In this document: positions 50,241-63,876 of the stretch, one piece after another
Layout: the number at the start of each line of letters is the position of its first letter
How positions within the stretch are numbered: position 1 is the stretch's first letter
DNA from: Octopus vulgaris
Lineage: Eukaryota
Direction of reading: 5' to 3'
NCBI GenBank assembly: GCA_951406725.2
Contig: OX597816.1
Coordinates: forward strand, 179,304,001 to 179,368,000
DNA length: 64,000 nt
The notes under the pieces: generated by a model
The model's input: the letters and a program-made list of their open reading frames with translations, nothing else
The model's database searches: none
Told to the model about the DNA's origin: nothing
Made by a program: the position numbers and the translations under genes

Positions 50241-51717
50241 CAGACGTTCCTAACTATTTTTAGCCTATGGACCCTTTTGATATCTATTTTACTCTAACAG
50301 GACCCCTACAGCCATTTGATGTTTAAAAATGTCCTAATATATTTTTATAATTAAATATTATTAGGAATTGTATTAAAAAGATTGTTGAAATATTTTGTGT
50401 ATTGTATTGGTAATGCAGTTTTTTCAATTGCATGTAAAGTCAGATGGGGATGGGATAAACTACCTGCATCAACTTGCTATAAAAACAGGTAGTAATTTTA
50501 CTTTGTCCTTATTCTTAGTGCAAGTTTTGAAGAGTGCAATTCAATTTTAACAGTTATTTATTCAAAGCTATAATGGAAGTGACAAAGGAGCACATTCGGC
50601 ATATTTTGATTTATGAGTTCAATAATGGCAACAAAGCAATGGAAAGTGCAAGGAATATTAATGCAGTATATGGGGATCAGACAATAAGCATAAGCCAGTG
50701 TCAGCAGTGGGACCAAAAATTCTGAGCCGGAAACTACAGCCTAGAAGACAAGCCTCATCCTGGAAGATCTGTAGAGCTTGACAAGGATGTCCTGCAAACC
50801 CAGGTGGAACAAAATCCCAATGTAACTGTTGAGGAACTAGCAGAGAGGCTTGGATTTGGTCATTCAACCATTTGTCAACATCTGTGTGCTATCGGAAAAG
50901 TCAGCAAATTAGATCAATGGGTTCCTCACCAACTTTCTGAGTCTAATTATGTGCAGAGAGTGAATGTAAACTCTTCTTTGCTCTTATGTCTCACGAATGA
51001 ACCCTTTTTTGGACCAAATAGTGACTGGTGATGAGAAATGGGTTCTCTATAAAAATGCCAAAAGACAGTGGGTAGAGAAAGGAGAAACACTGGCACCCCA
51101 GGCTAAAGAAGGTCTTCAGCCATGTAAGGTGTTGTTATCTGTTTGGTAGAATATGAAAGGTTTAGTCCACTTTGAACTTTTAAACCCAAACCAAACAATA
51201 ACAAAGGAGATCTACTGTGAGCAGCTTAAGTCAGCACTAGAAGAAAAACAACCACCTTTGGTTTCAAGACGAAAGGTGTTCTTCCATCAGGATAATGCTC
51301 AGCCACATACAGCAAAGATGACATTCCAAAGGCTAGAGCAGTTTGAATGGAAAATGATGCTCCACCCACCATATTTGCTGGACATTACCCCATCTGATTA
51401 TCATTTATTCTGCTGACTTCAAAGTCATTTGAACGGAAAAATATGAATTTTGTAGACGAGGTCAGAACAGTACCGAAGGAGTATTTTTTGTCGTGGACAA
51501 GTGAATTTTGGAAGAGGGGCCTTGCAAGGCTACCAGATAAATGGAAGAGCATTGTAAAAAATGAAGGAGAGTATATTTTAGATTAAAAAAGAACTTTATT
51601 TATCTTTAAAAAAACAGCATTATTTATGGGATGACCCAATAGATGTATATCCAATTTATTGTAGATAAAATCTTTTTGACTCCCAAGGGCCATGTGGACT
51701 CTGGTTGAGAACCCCTG
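50241..51717. mobile_element. hAT (Charlie-like) MITE interrupted by a mariner
   Basis: Termini CAGACGTTCCTAAC and GTTGAGAACCCCTG; 8 bp TSD CTGTAGAC (50233-50240) and CTGTAAAC (51718-51725). Confidence 0.8.
50407..51639 (+). mobile_element. Full-length decayed mariner (transposase pseudogene at about 50573-51586)
   Basis: MEVTKEHIRHILIYEF, WVPHQL, TGDEKW, HQDNAQPH and HPPYLLDITPSDYHLF; right TIR GCATTATTTATGGGATGACCCAA|TA; left TIR partly deleted. Confidence 0.92.
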
Positions 51718-52653
51718 CTGTAAACAGTATATTCCCTATCACTTATCAGTATCCGAAGACATGGAGCAAATTTTGTTTTATATACTAGAAATATATACTA
51801 TATTATCAACATTGTTTTAGCATTTGCTTTTCCATGCTTGCATGGGTTGAATGGAATTTGTTGATGTGGCTGGATGCCTTTACTGTCATTGATCCTCACC
51901 TGTTTCCAAATAGGATAAAATTTCATGAAAGGTTGGAAATGAAGGACATCACTTACACGATAGTGACACGTGTTTACAGTTATCAAACAAAGCTATGACA
52001 AGGATACAGCAACACACACAATATATATATATATATATTTCTTTCAGTTTCCATTTGCCAAATCCACTCACAAGGTTTTGATTAGCCCAGGGCTACAGAA
52101 GAAGACACTTGTCCAAGATACCATCCAGTAAACTTACTATACAGCCATGGCTGGCTTCTATGTCAACATCGATATATATTCTATACTAGCATTAAGAAAC
52201 TGTCCTGTTCAGTATGCAGAAACTCAATCCTAAACAAGCTAATATAATCCTTGCACATGAAAGACATTTCTGTGTTATTAATTGTTCAAAATACCTTTGA
52301 TTCATGTAAGTGGAGTATTCAAGACATGCTAAGATCACATAACACAAAACTGTAACCCAAGCAGTTTCGTTAACAATGCAACTGTATCTGTCATACAGGC
52401 AAAGAAGAGTAGATCAAAACTTTTGTAACTGAACTTACAGCTATGAAGAGAAGCACCATGGTAATTAATAGATTAAAGCTAAAAAGAAAATAAGACAGTA
52501 TATCAAATAAAACAAAATAACACTAATACATTAAAAAAATATCTACGTACTGACATTCTTTTCTCCAATAAAAAGAAAAGAAAAAGATTGTATGTATGAT
52601 CATCATCGTCATCATCATCAAACCTTTGCTGTCCATTCTAGCGTGGGTTGAAT

Positions 52654-52726
52654 TATGTATGTATGTATGTATGTATGTATGCATGCATGCATGTATGTAT
52701 GTATGTATGTATGTATGTATGTATGC

Positions 52727-52757
<31 letters not shown>

Positions 52758-52834
52758 CATATATGTAAGCATGCATGTATGTATGTATGTATGTATGTAT
52801 GTATGTATGTATGTATGTATGTATGTATGTATGC

Positions 52835-52897
<63 letters not shown>

Positions 52898-53096
52898 TGT
52901 ATGTATGTATGCATGTATGTATGTATGTATGCATGCATGCATGCAGGTATGTATGTATGTATGTATGTATGTATGTATGCATGCATGCATGCATGTATGT
53001 ATGTATGTATGTATGTATGTATGGTATGTATGTATGTATGTATGTATGTATGTATGTATGTATGTATGTATGTATGCATGCATGTATGTATGTATG

Positions 53097-53127
<31 letters not shown>

Positions 53128-55032
53128 GCATGCATTTATGTATGTATGTATGTATGTATGCATGCATGCATGCATGTATGTATGTATGTATGTATGTATG
53201 CATGCATGCATGCATGTATGTATGTATGTATGTATGTATGTATGTATGTATGTATGTATGCATGCATGTATGTATGTATGTATGTATGTATGTATGTATG
53301 CATATATGTAAGCATGCATTTATGTATGTATGTATGTATGTATGCATGTATGTATGCATGTATGTATGTATGTATGCATGCATGCATGCATGTATGTATG
53401 TATGTATGTATGTATGTATGTATGTATGTATGTATGTATGTATGCATGCATGCATGCATGCATGTATGTATGCATGCATGCATGCATGCATGTATGTATG
53501 TATGTATGTATGTATGTATGTATGTATGTATGTATGTATGCATGCATGCATGCATGTATGTATGTATGCATGCATGCATGCATGCATGTATGTATGTATG
53601 TATGTATGCATGCATGTATGTATGTATGCATGCATGCATGCATGTATGTATGTATGTATGTATGCATGCATGCATGCATGCATGTATGTATGTATGTATG
53701 TATGTATGTATGTATGTATGTATGTATGCATGCATGCATGCATGTATGTATGTATGTATGCATGCATGCATGCATGCATGTATGTATGTATGTATGTATG
53801 TATGTATGTATGTATGTATGCATGCATGCATGCATGTATGTATGTATGTATGCATGCATGCATGCATGTATGTATGTATGTATGTATGTATGTATGTATG
53901 TATGTATGTATGCATATATGTAAGCATGCATTTATGTATGTATGTATGTATGTATGTATGTATGTATGTATGCATATATGTAAGCATGCATTTATGTATG
54001 TATGTATGTATGTATGCATGCATGCATGTATGTATGTATGTATGTATGTATGTATGTATGTATGTATGCATGCATGCATGCATGTATGTATGTATGTATG
54101 CATGCATGCATGCATGTATGTATGTATGTATGTATGTATGTATGTATGTATGTATGTATGTATGTATGTATGTATGCATGCATGTATGTATGTATGTATG
54201 CATGCATGCATGCATGCATGCATGTATGTATGCATGCATGCATGCATGCATGTATGTATGTATGTATGTATGTATGTATGTATGTATGTATGTATGCATG
54301 CATGCATGCATGTATGTATGCATGCATGCATGCATGCATGTATGTATGTATGTATGTATGTATGTATGTATGTATGTATGTATGCATGCATGCATGCATG
54401 CATGTATGTATGTATGCATGCATGCATGCATGCATGCATGCATGTATGTATGTATGTATGTATGTATGTATGTATGTATGCATGCATGCATGCATGTATG
54501 TATGTATGTATGCATGCATGCATGCATGCATGTATGTATGTATGTATGTATGTATGTATGTATGTATGTATGTATGCATGCATGTATGTATGTATGTATG
54601 CATGCATGCATGCATGCATGTATGTATGTATGCATGCATGCATGCATGTATGTATGTATGTATGTATGTATGTATGTATGTATGTATGTATGTATGCATG
54701 CATGCATGCATGTATGTATGTATGTATGCATGCATGCATGCATGTATGTATGTATGTATGTATGTATGTTTGTATGTATGTATGTATGTATGTATGTATG
54801 TATGTATGTATGTATGTATGTATGTATGTATGCATGTGTGTATGTATGTATGTATGTATGCATGTATGTATGTATGTATGTATGCATGCATGCATGCATG
54901 TATGTATGTATGTATGTATGTATGTATGTATGTATGTATGTATGCATGTGTGTATGTATGTATGTATGTATGTATGTATGTATGTATGTATGTATGCATA
55001 TATGTATGTATGCATTTATGTATGCATGCATA
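52654..55032. repeat. Compound (TATG)n/(CATG)n microsatellite, about 2.4 kb
   Basis: Direct inspection; source of the 600-830 aa spurious ORFs. Confidence 0.95.
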
Positions 55033-55139
55033 TATGGTTATGTATGTATTCTTCTGTTTTCAATTATTTAAATTCTTCTACTGAGGAAGGAGCTGGTCTC
55101 TAACAAAGATACTAAACTACATCATTGGAATGGAGATAA

Positions 55140-55712
55140 CAGAAAGGTCACAATTTAAACTTGAGAAAAGTCTTGCATATTTTACTGTTCTACTTACAGG
55201 TTGTATTTGTAATGTGTGAGTTAGTTGGTTTTTTTACTTTTTTCAAAAACTCGAGCTTATTCAGTCACTTAGACATTTACTCATAAAACCAAATGCACCA
55301 TTTATTATTGGTATAAATGTGATTTTACAATCTGGATGTAAAAGCTGGAGGTTTCCAAGTAGTTGTGCATAGCTATCTTCTTTCTCTTTGATTTTCAAAC
55401 AGATATCCACATCAGCAGAACAGCCAACATCTATGACAGTACATACCTTTACTTGTCTGTCCCAAACAACAATATCCGGCATGTTATGCTTACACTTGAC
55501 AGATGTTTTGATGGGAATGTTCCACCAATATTCCTCGTGTTGATGTTTGCATATGTATTTAATATTCCAGGACAGTCTTTCTGTCAGAAGGCATTGGATA
55601 TTGTTTTTGCAACAACGTCATATTGCATAGGGAGGTAGTATCTTGATGATATTTTGGGCAGCTGCTAATTACAGGTGTGATGTCTTCCACAAAAATATGA
55701 CATAATCTACGT
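55140..55712 (-). mobile_element. RLE-type (R4/Dong/NeSL-like) LINE 3' fragment
   Basis: EDITPVISSCPK, EYWWNIPIKTSVKCKHNMPDIVVWDR, CTVIDVGC, KEKEDSY and FIPIINGAFG. Confidence 0.75.
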
Positions 55713-56229
55713 TTTTGGTTGTATGTACGTACGTACGTACATATGTATGTGTGTGTGTATGTATGTATGTATGTATGTATGCATGTGTGTGTGTGTGTAT
55801 GTGCATGTGTGTATGTGTATGTGTATGTGTGTATGTATGTAAACTTAATGAACTGAAAATAAACCAAGGCATGTTAAAATAAGATACACACATTTTTTTA
55901 CCTTGGATATAATCATGATAGTTGGATGTGAGAAAATCCCACACATGTATTCATTTAATCAGCAAATCCCCCAAAGACATATTTGCTCAAAATAGACTTA
56001 TTTATGCATTGTCATGGCTGACATAAAGCAAAATACAAGGTGTTGTGAACAAATCTTAAATGCCATAAGTTCCAAGCAAAAATTCTTCAAGAGTAGAATA
56101 CTCTACACTACACCATCATCATCATTATCAATTTTATGACTCTGATATTCCATACTGTGTATGATGAGATGTGCAATGAAATGAAGAACAGTTGTTGGAT
56201 TATTTTTATCTCTCTGAGTAGCTTAAAGT

Positions 56230-56301
<72 letters not shown>

Positions 56302-56373
56302 TAATGATGTTTAATATATCAATACATTTGAGTGGTATTCAGAAGTAGTAGAATACACTGAATTGTCACTTAA

Positions 56374-56575
56374 CCCTTTGAATACTAACCCACCTAAAAC
56401 CAGCCCTGGTTCTATGATGCAAATTCCTGTTTTAAACTTACCTAAATCAAAACCATCTATCAAAATTAGCAATTAATGTTCCAAACATCAGTTTTAAAAG
56501 TTATTCTATTAAATTCTTCATTATTTTCAAAATTAATTGAAATAAAGGCATCACAGAATTATGGTGGCAAAAGGG
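56374..56575. mobile_element. piggyBac-like MITE
   Basis: TTAA|CCCTTTG..CAAAAGGG|TTAA. Confidence 0.7.
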
Positions 56576-56926
56576 TTAAAAACTATCCTTAATTTACACA
56601 AATATAATCAAAAACATTTCAATTTCTGATGGCTCTTAATCTATAGATTTGACTGTTCTGAAGAGTATTAACTATATATGGCTTAAATTATCAATATCTA
56701 GCAGAAACATTATTCATTTGCCTTTTTCAGATTGTTTAAGGCTAAGAAGTATATTTGATGGAAAAAAGAAAAAAACCCAACATTTTCTCATATACGTATG
56801 TATGTATGTGTGTGTGTGTGTGTGTGTTTATGTATGTATGTATGTGTGTGTATGTATGTATGTGTGTGTATGTATGTATGTATGTATGCATGCATGCAAA
56901 CATGCATGCATGCATGTATGTATATA

Positions 56927-57592
56927 TGATGTCAGGTCACTTTCGAGTGCTACTGGTAACATGTAACCCAGTACAACCTGTTGCATGGTCGGGCGGTCGG
57001 CGACTAAACCGGCAACCCCACCAAGCTTGCTTGGTGAGGAGGGTGTTTATTGGATACACTGTGGGATGAAAAACAAAACCTGCCAAAGGGCGGAGGAACT
57101 CTTGAGAGTCAACGGACATCCAATAAATGTGTAATTTTTTTTCTTAAGGCTTAAGGCTGTATCATACATGGGGACATAGAAATAATCGGACTGAATACCT
57201 GATTGTGCGGTTAAACCATTGGGAGTGAAGGACTTCTAGCCTTTGTTAAGGTATCCTTCTAGGAGAAGGTAACTCAGGTAACTGGGATAACTCCGACATA
57301 AAACCTGTAGCTCAGTGGTTACCGATGATGTTGACTTGTTCTTCTTTTCGGATTATGGCTGCTGTTGCTTAGTGAGTGGGATTGACTCAGTGCACAGCCT
57401 TTCCTCACTTAAAAAAAATCTTCTTGCACAGGCATTGCATGATAACAACATTGTTCATGATTGTTGATGGTGCTGTGAGTCTCAACTGAATGGCTGGCTG
57501 TAGCCTTAAAAAGCAAATAAAAGTCACATTCGATCACAGCACCAATAACAGTTAAGCTTCGTGCAATGACCATACTCGATAACGAGGGGGCA

Positions 57593-57600
<8 letters not shown>
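56927..57600 (+). mobile_element. Probable bipartite RTE-derived non-autonomous element (5' UTR joined to 3' end)
   Basis: CpG-rich; CTAGGAGAAGGTAACTC resembles RTE 5' UTRs; ends with SHIRSQH-like codons and GACCATACTCGATAACGAGGGGGCAGCCATCAT; sits between microsatellites. Confidence 0.5.
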
Positions 57601-57624
<24 letters not shown>

Positions 57625-57781
57625 TTTCAAAAGTCAATAATTGGTCAACAACTACCAGATATAAATGTTTACATAAATCAAGTGTAAAAAATCCCATCAG
57701 TTTTGTAATCTTTTTCATAGCATAGTATCTAAAGCATTAAGAATTATTAACTATAAGTATCTTAGGGTTAATAAATATGTA

Positions 57782-57818
<37 letters not shown>

Positions 57819-58364
57819 CAACTGCACATATTCAATGTATGTGTTTTGCTTGTTTGCTAGTATATACATATGATATATATGTTGAACTTATAATAGGAAG
57901 TGAAAGAGCCACATATTTAGTGATGATGGAATTAAAGATGTGTAATGGCAAAACTGGAGAGGATACAAATTAATAACAAACTGTCACATTTGAAGATTAT
58001 CTGTGAAAATTGTGACATTCAATCACTTCCCTTTTTAGGATACTGTTCTTTGAGAGCTGAATAAATCTGGCTTTGATATAGACTAGACTTTTGATCAGAG
58101 TTAAACATAATGAAATATTTAGTTCATTAAAGGAAAGAAAAAACATTTCATTGATGCAGATTTAACTGCTAAATATATGGGGTGAGAAAAGGTCATGGGA
58201 GATAGTTATGAGTCTCATTTGTACTGTTATTATTGTGATATTCAAAATATGAAATATAAAGAATAGATGAAAGGTGTTAATAATAAACTGATGACAATAG
58301 CTAGAAACAAACTTATAGATTAATGTAAAACTAATTATAATTTCTCTTAGTTTTAAATAATATT

Positions 58365-58732
58365 TATCAGTCATTTGACTGTGACCATGCTGGAGCACCA
58401 TCTTGAAAGCTTTTAGTTAAACAAATTGACTCCAGAACTTATTTCTTAAGGCTAGTCTGCATTCTATCAGTCTCTTTTGCTGACCCACTAAGTTATGGGG
58501 ATGTAAACACACCAACACCAGTTGTCAAGATGTGATGGAGGGACAAACACAGACACAAAGACACACACACACACGTATATATATGATGGGCTTCTTTTAG
58601 TTTCCGTCTTCCAAATCCACTCACAAGAATTTTGTTGGACTGGGGTCATAGTAGAAGACACTTGCCCAAAGTGCTATGCAGTGGGACTGAACCCAGAACC
58701 ATGTGGTTGGTAAGCAAGCTACTTACCATACA
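58365..58732 (-). mobile_element. CORE-type SINE
   Basis: Reverse complement of the 26989-27388 architecture. Confidence 0.85.
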
Positions 58733-59105
58733 GATTACTTTATTATGTAATTTGTTTTGGCAAACTTAGCAGTATTGCTTCATTTTAACTGCCCAAGCAA
58801 AGGGTATTATTTCAATAGATCATTGTAGTATGAATGCTGCACTTGAAGCTTTACTTTATCATGTTTAGGTAAAGTACAGTTCAATGTTGAAGTTGGGATA
58901 ACTTTAATCATGGTTAGGATACACTGGGGTTGATTTAATTAGCTACACTCTCTCTCTCTCAAAAGACGTAAGATGGTGGGAAAAGTTGCATGCAAGACTG
59001 TAGCATTGATTGAGTCCAAATCCTACCTTATATCCCTTTGATGTCAATAAAATAAGTGCTTGGAGATATAGGATTTATTCACATGACTATACTACCATCA
59101 TGTAA

Positions 59106-59333
59106 CCCTTTAGCATTCAGATTACTCTGTCAAATACAATTCCTATTTATTTGTATTGTTTTCAATTACTCATACATCATCTCTTAGCTTTGATGAGATT
59201 AGATTTTGATGATGTTACTATTTACTTTTAGAGTGACATCATAGGGTAGGTAGAAGAGGCCAGATTTGGCTGGTTTGAACATAAAAGAGGTAGAATATTT
59301 AGGCTGGATATGACCAGTTTAAACACTAAAGGG
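59106..59333. mobile_element. piggyBac-like MITE
   Basis: GTAA|CCCTTTAGCATT..AACACTAAAGGG|TTAA. Confidence 0.7.
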
Positions 59334-59999
59334 TTAAAAAACAGTCTTGGGCCCTGTTCTAAAGAAACTAATACTTTCATTTAAGAAAAAGCTGTTACCT
59401 TGAATATTCAATGAATTTGGTATAGTTAATAAGTAACTCTCCAGTATAATATGGTTTTGTTTGTTTGAACAGTTTACAAGAAGAAAGAATTCCTTTACTA
59501 AACCTATTCTGTTTTTTTTTTCTTTTTGCATCAAAACAAGTCATTTGAAACATCAAATATCTTCTTGAATAGTTCATTCTAAAACCATACACATTCTTGA
59601 CTGCAGGGAAATAATGAACTTGTGGTCTTAGTCTTAAAACATCATATAGCCAATAAGGGTGTCTCAAAATAGTCATTTGAACTGTTAGAATAGCAGCCAT
59701 ACTCCCTAAAATCAAATCTGACAGTTAAAAAAAAATGTGAGGATACATTATATAATATGGTCTAGGAACTATTACATCTGAAAAGAGACAGGTTGATCAT
59801 AGATAGAATACGTTTCTTCATAGGTCAGGCTAGTCAAGGTTGACCTGGAGGTAAATAACAACATATGCATCATGACAGAGGGGAGATAGAGTGAGAGAGA
59901 ATGACGATAGGGATCATTGAATATGCACAGGTAGAATTTAACTCTTTGTTACATAAGCAATGTCGCAGAGTGAATAGGAAAAAATATGAGTAATAGACG

Positions 60000-60565
60000 A
60001 GAGGGTAGTGAAACAGGAACTCTTTTCTGCATATTTAGCCTGGCCATTTTCCTGATGATGCAGGGTCCTGTCTTCTTTCTTACACATTAAATCTTTAGTT
60101 ATGCTGTTTATTTTGAAACCTTTTGATGCTAGGTTTTGCCACTATGTCACTAAATCATCCACAGATTCAGCTATAAGAACTAAGTCAACATCAGACAGGT
60201 GTTCCCATAGACACAACTCTTCTGTTATGGCTTGGAGGGTTATAACAGAAGGACCTCTGTTTGCAGTGTTGGACTCATTTCTAAATCTCACCTTACTGAC
60301 AGCACCTTTGCATATGACTTGTACAACCTTCACAAACCATTCATCCATTAGTTTCCTTAACAACTACCAGATTGTAAAGCATAAAACCATGTCAAAAGCC
60401 TTCTCCAAGTTGATGAATGTTAGTACAAGGGCATATTTGTAGCTAAATACTTTTCCTACAATTGTTCCATTAAGATGACAGTGGTAACTTCTATTGTTGG
60501 CACAAGCACAAACAGGTTAATTCTCTTTTTAATCAATTTATGATAAATCTTTCCATAACTTTCTT
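60000..60565 (-). mobile_element. Strongly decayed RTE RT fragment
   Basis: FINLEKAFDMV, LRKLMDEWFVKVVQ and WEHLSDVDLVLIAES (decayed DLEKAFD and LLYADDLVL motifs). Confidence 0.7.
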
Positions 60566-60586
60566 AATCTACATAACATTTCATAA

Positions 60587-61114
60587 AACTGTGTAACAAA
60601 ATTATTTTTTTGTCTTTGGTCAGTAAATGTTATTTCCTATTTGCTTCTATTTAGAAATCAAAGGAAATGACTACCGTTCCCTTCTAACTTTGCTCTTGTT
60701 TACCTGGACATCAATGTTTTGAAACTGACAAATTCAGTGCTGAGTTACAGAAGCAGAAATATTGTTATAGCAAATATTCTACTCAATACCACAGATTTGC
60801 TTGTCAGTTACTTGACCTTAAACTACTTGAGCATGTCCCTTAGTGGCTGACAATATGTGCATCTCCGATCATGAGCAGGAGTAGTGGGGGAGCATCATAG
60901 CCATGTGTTGAGAGGAATTCTTTGGGGTTTGAATAATGAGCAGGAGTATTCGGGGAGCATCATAGTTATATGTTGAGAGAGATTCTTCGGAGATTGAATC
61001 AATGTAGCAAAAGTAAAGTTTGAAAGAAATATTAGTTATTTTTCATACTTTCTAGGGGTAAGCAAAAAGGAAATAAGAGTTGCTACCCAAGGACAAAAAT
61101 CTTGTTACACAATG
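60587..61114. mobile_element. Second copy of the CACTG-type MITE, with an internal tandem duplication of about 65 bp
   Basis: ACTGTGTAACAA..TTGTTACACAATG; body matches 33844-34325; ATGAGCAGGAGTA..GGGGAGCATCATAG occurs at about 60871 and 60936. Confidence 0.75.
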
Positions 61115-61981
61115 TTGAGGATGTTACTATTCCACACATCGGTTATGGCACCTTCCTTCCTGTACTATCTGATTATCTATGTGGATGACTAGCATGTGGT
61201 CTACTTCGACAGCTATTTAAAGCATTTAAATAACTATCCTAATGTTCTTTAATTATGCTTGCAATCATATTGTTACTCTTGAATAACAAGAGCACTCAGT
61301 GCAGCAAAGAAGAGATTATATAAAGATTATAATACTTTGTGAATTACATGAGCATTACTTAGAATTTTGTATTTAACAGTAATTCAAATATTAAACTTGG
61401 AAGGTCGGTATACAAATTTGTCAGAATTTCCTTGTTTATGCAAATGAATATATCTTTTAAGCAACATTGACATTATAATGCTATGTACATTTATATTTAA
61501 CATGTTTAAGTGTACTCAAATGACGAAAGACTTTTACTGTGGTAACTACCTTCAAAGAGAACAGTGAAAACAAACTGATCTGGGCTATTATTTATGTTAC
61601 TGGATTGTAGGACATGTGTTTCTGTATCATTATGCTTTATTAGTTACAGAAACTGAATTTATTACTCATAGTGCACTAAGAACTGTTGGTGTATGTGTAG
61701 TAAATTTGCTAGTGTGTATGTAAAACTTTGTCAAGCTGAAATTAATTCATTAATTAAGCAACAATGATAAAAAAAAGAGTACATTCATATTTAATAAGTT
61801 TGTGTACATTTACACATGGCAAGACCTTCACAGCAATGACTGTTTTGGAAGAGAAATTCTTGTAGACAATGTGCATGAAAACATACCAAGGTGGACAATG
61901 AATGTTGTCGTAGGACAGTAGTAGGACAAATGTTGCTGTGTTGTTATGCTTCACAGCTATAAACACCAAATTTGTTTTCAG

Positions 61982-62002
61982 TTCCTGTAGCTGATAAACA
62001 AG
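61982..62002 (+). CDS. Candidate 21 nt phase-1 micro-exon (xPVADKQ)
   Basis: Acceptor TTTGTTTTCAG and donor AAG|GTAAAT; only the phase-1 frame is open; unique DNA. Confidence 0.28.
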
Positions 62003-62219
62003 GTAAATATAAATATACACAGCTTTATATTAATCATCATTGCTTAGTGCATCTATAATTGGCTGAGAATTTAAAATTTAAATTTACTGTAAATCTACAT
62101 GAAACATGAGACTCTGAGTAGTGCCTGTGTAAACTAGAAGAGAATGTATTAACTATGCATGCATGCATGTATTTATGTATTTATGTTTGTGTGTGTGTAT
62201 GTATGTATGTATGTATGTA

Positions 62220-62261
<42 letters not shown>

Positions 62262-63876
62262 CAATATTAAAAAATAAGAATTGAAAGGGTTTTGAGTAAG
62301 GACCATTTTCTGTTTAATCTAGAGTAGATCTATCAATATTTGAACAAGTATATTTACTACCATGCAGCAGATTTGATTGGCAGATAGTAGTTGAGCTGAA
62401 AACTAGATCTAATCAATCTGCAATTAGCATTAATATAATCGGACAAATTACAAATGATAGAAAATTGCAATAATAATGAAAATCATTAGTCGACTTTACT
62501 AAAGACAAAAGAATTCCTTCAACTTTAAGAAAAGACAGACTGTTTAGTTGCTTCAATTATTAACATTTTGCTTTTACTTCAAGTGATGAAAACATTGATT
62601 AACTATCCTATTTGCAAATATTTTTGATTTCTTTTTAATAGAAATCTAGTGATGAATATCTTTTGTTTAATATCAAAAACTTATGGTACTTGGTATAGTG
62701 AAACTATAATGAAAACCAAGATATTAGCTCACTCTTTCACAACATCTAGCACAAAAATCTCCTACTTTTTAGTTATGTTGTATAACTAAGTTGAACTTCC
62801 ATGCACATATTTGAAAACTTGTAAGAGAAGGAGTGGTACCTATGACTGGTGAGATACTTGTGACTGATACCCAGCTTGAAAATCTGTCAGGTAAAGCCGG
62901 CAGAGAAATTGCACAGGAAGTAAGAACAGATCAGCGTTGCAAACCTGACAAACTTGCTGCACTCTAAGACATCACTGACAGAAGTCTAGTTGTAAAACAC
63001 AGTCCAATTACAAGTCATTTTATAATTATCTGTTGATACCAGTAGAAACATTAGCTTTAGATTTTGGTGAAGATCTTATAAGCATATAATATCACGACGA
63101 TTAAGTTTCTTAGGTTGAGAATAGTTTCAAGTTTCATTTCTTTATACATCCAGTAATCCAATAGCTTTAAGTGTAGATTAAATTGTTCAAGAAGAATTTG
63201 AATATGTTTTGAAGATTAAAAGAATATGTCAGTCATATGGACAAGGATTCTTCAATTTTTATATTAAAATCATCACTATCATTTTATGTCCACTTTCCCA
63301 TGCTTGCATGGAATTCATTAATGCCTTTCCTGTTGCCAACCCTAACATTTTTCTGAGCAAGGTTATGTTTTCATATTGCTGGACAGGTTTCCATGGAAAA
63401 CTAGAAATGAAGAACACTGTATTATGGTGAAGCTCATTGTACAACTATCATACAATGTCAAGACAAGGAGACACACACATGCATATATCATCATCATCAT
63501 CATAGTTTAGCGTCCGCTTTCCATGCTAGCATGGGTTGGACTATGTGTTAATAAAATAAACATATTACATGTAAAACTTCTCTAGTGGAGAAAAGCAATT
63601 GTAATATAATCCAGAAATGTGTTTTATTCATTTGAGTAATGGATACAATAAATAGGTAGATCTTTGGAATAAAGGTTATACTGTATCTCAATTGGTGCTT
63701 CATTTTACAACACTCTTTCTCATCTCAAGTAAAAAATAAACCAATGCTTAGTATTTCTACAGCATCTATAATGTTATTCTTATTATCAGTACTGTATGGC
63801 CATGCATACAAGGGTTGGTCCTATCAGGTCAGAAATGAGTACTATTATGATTGATACAGAATTTATAATTATACTG

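Noticed and set aside
52523-55103. 600-835 aa ORFs on both strands
   Set aside because: Translations of TATG/CATG tetranucleotide repeats that lack stop codons; no coding signal
59395-59715. 106 aa minus-strand ORF ending near a possible donor site
   Set aside because: No recognisable motif, starts in repeat-like sequence and contains a poly-A run; probably chance
62821-62967. Short open frame VREGVVPMTGEILVTDTQLENLSGKAG..
   Set aside because: No convincing splice sites or known motif
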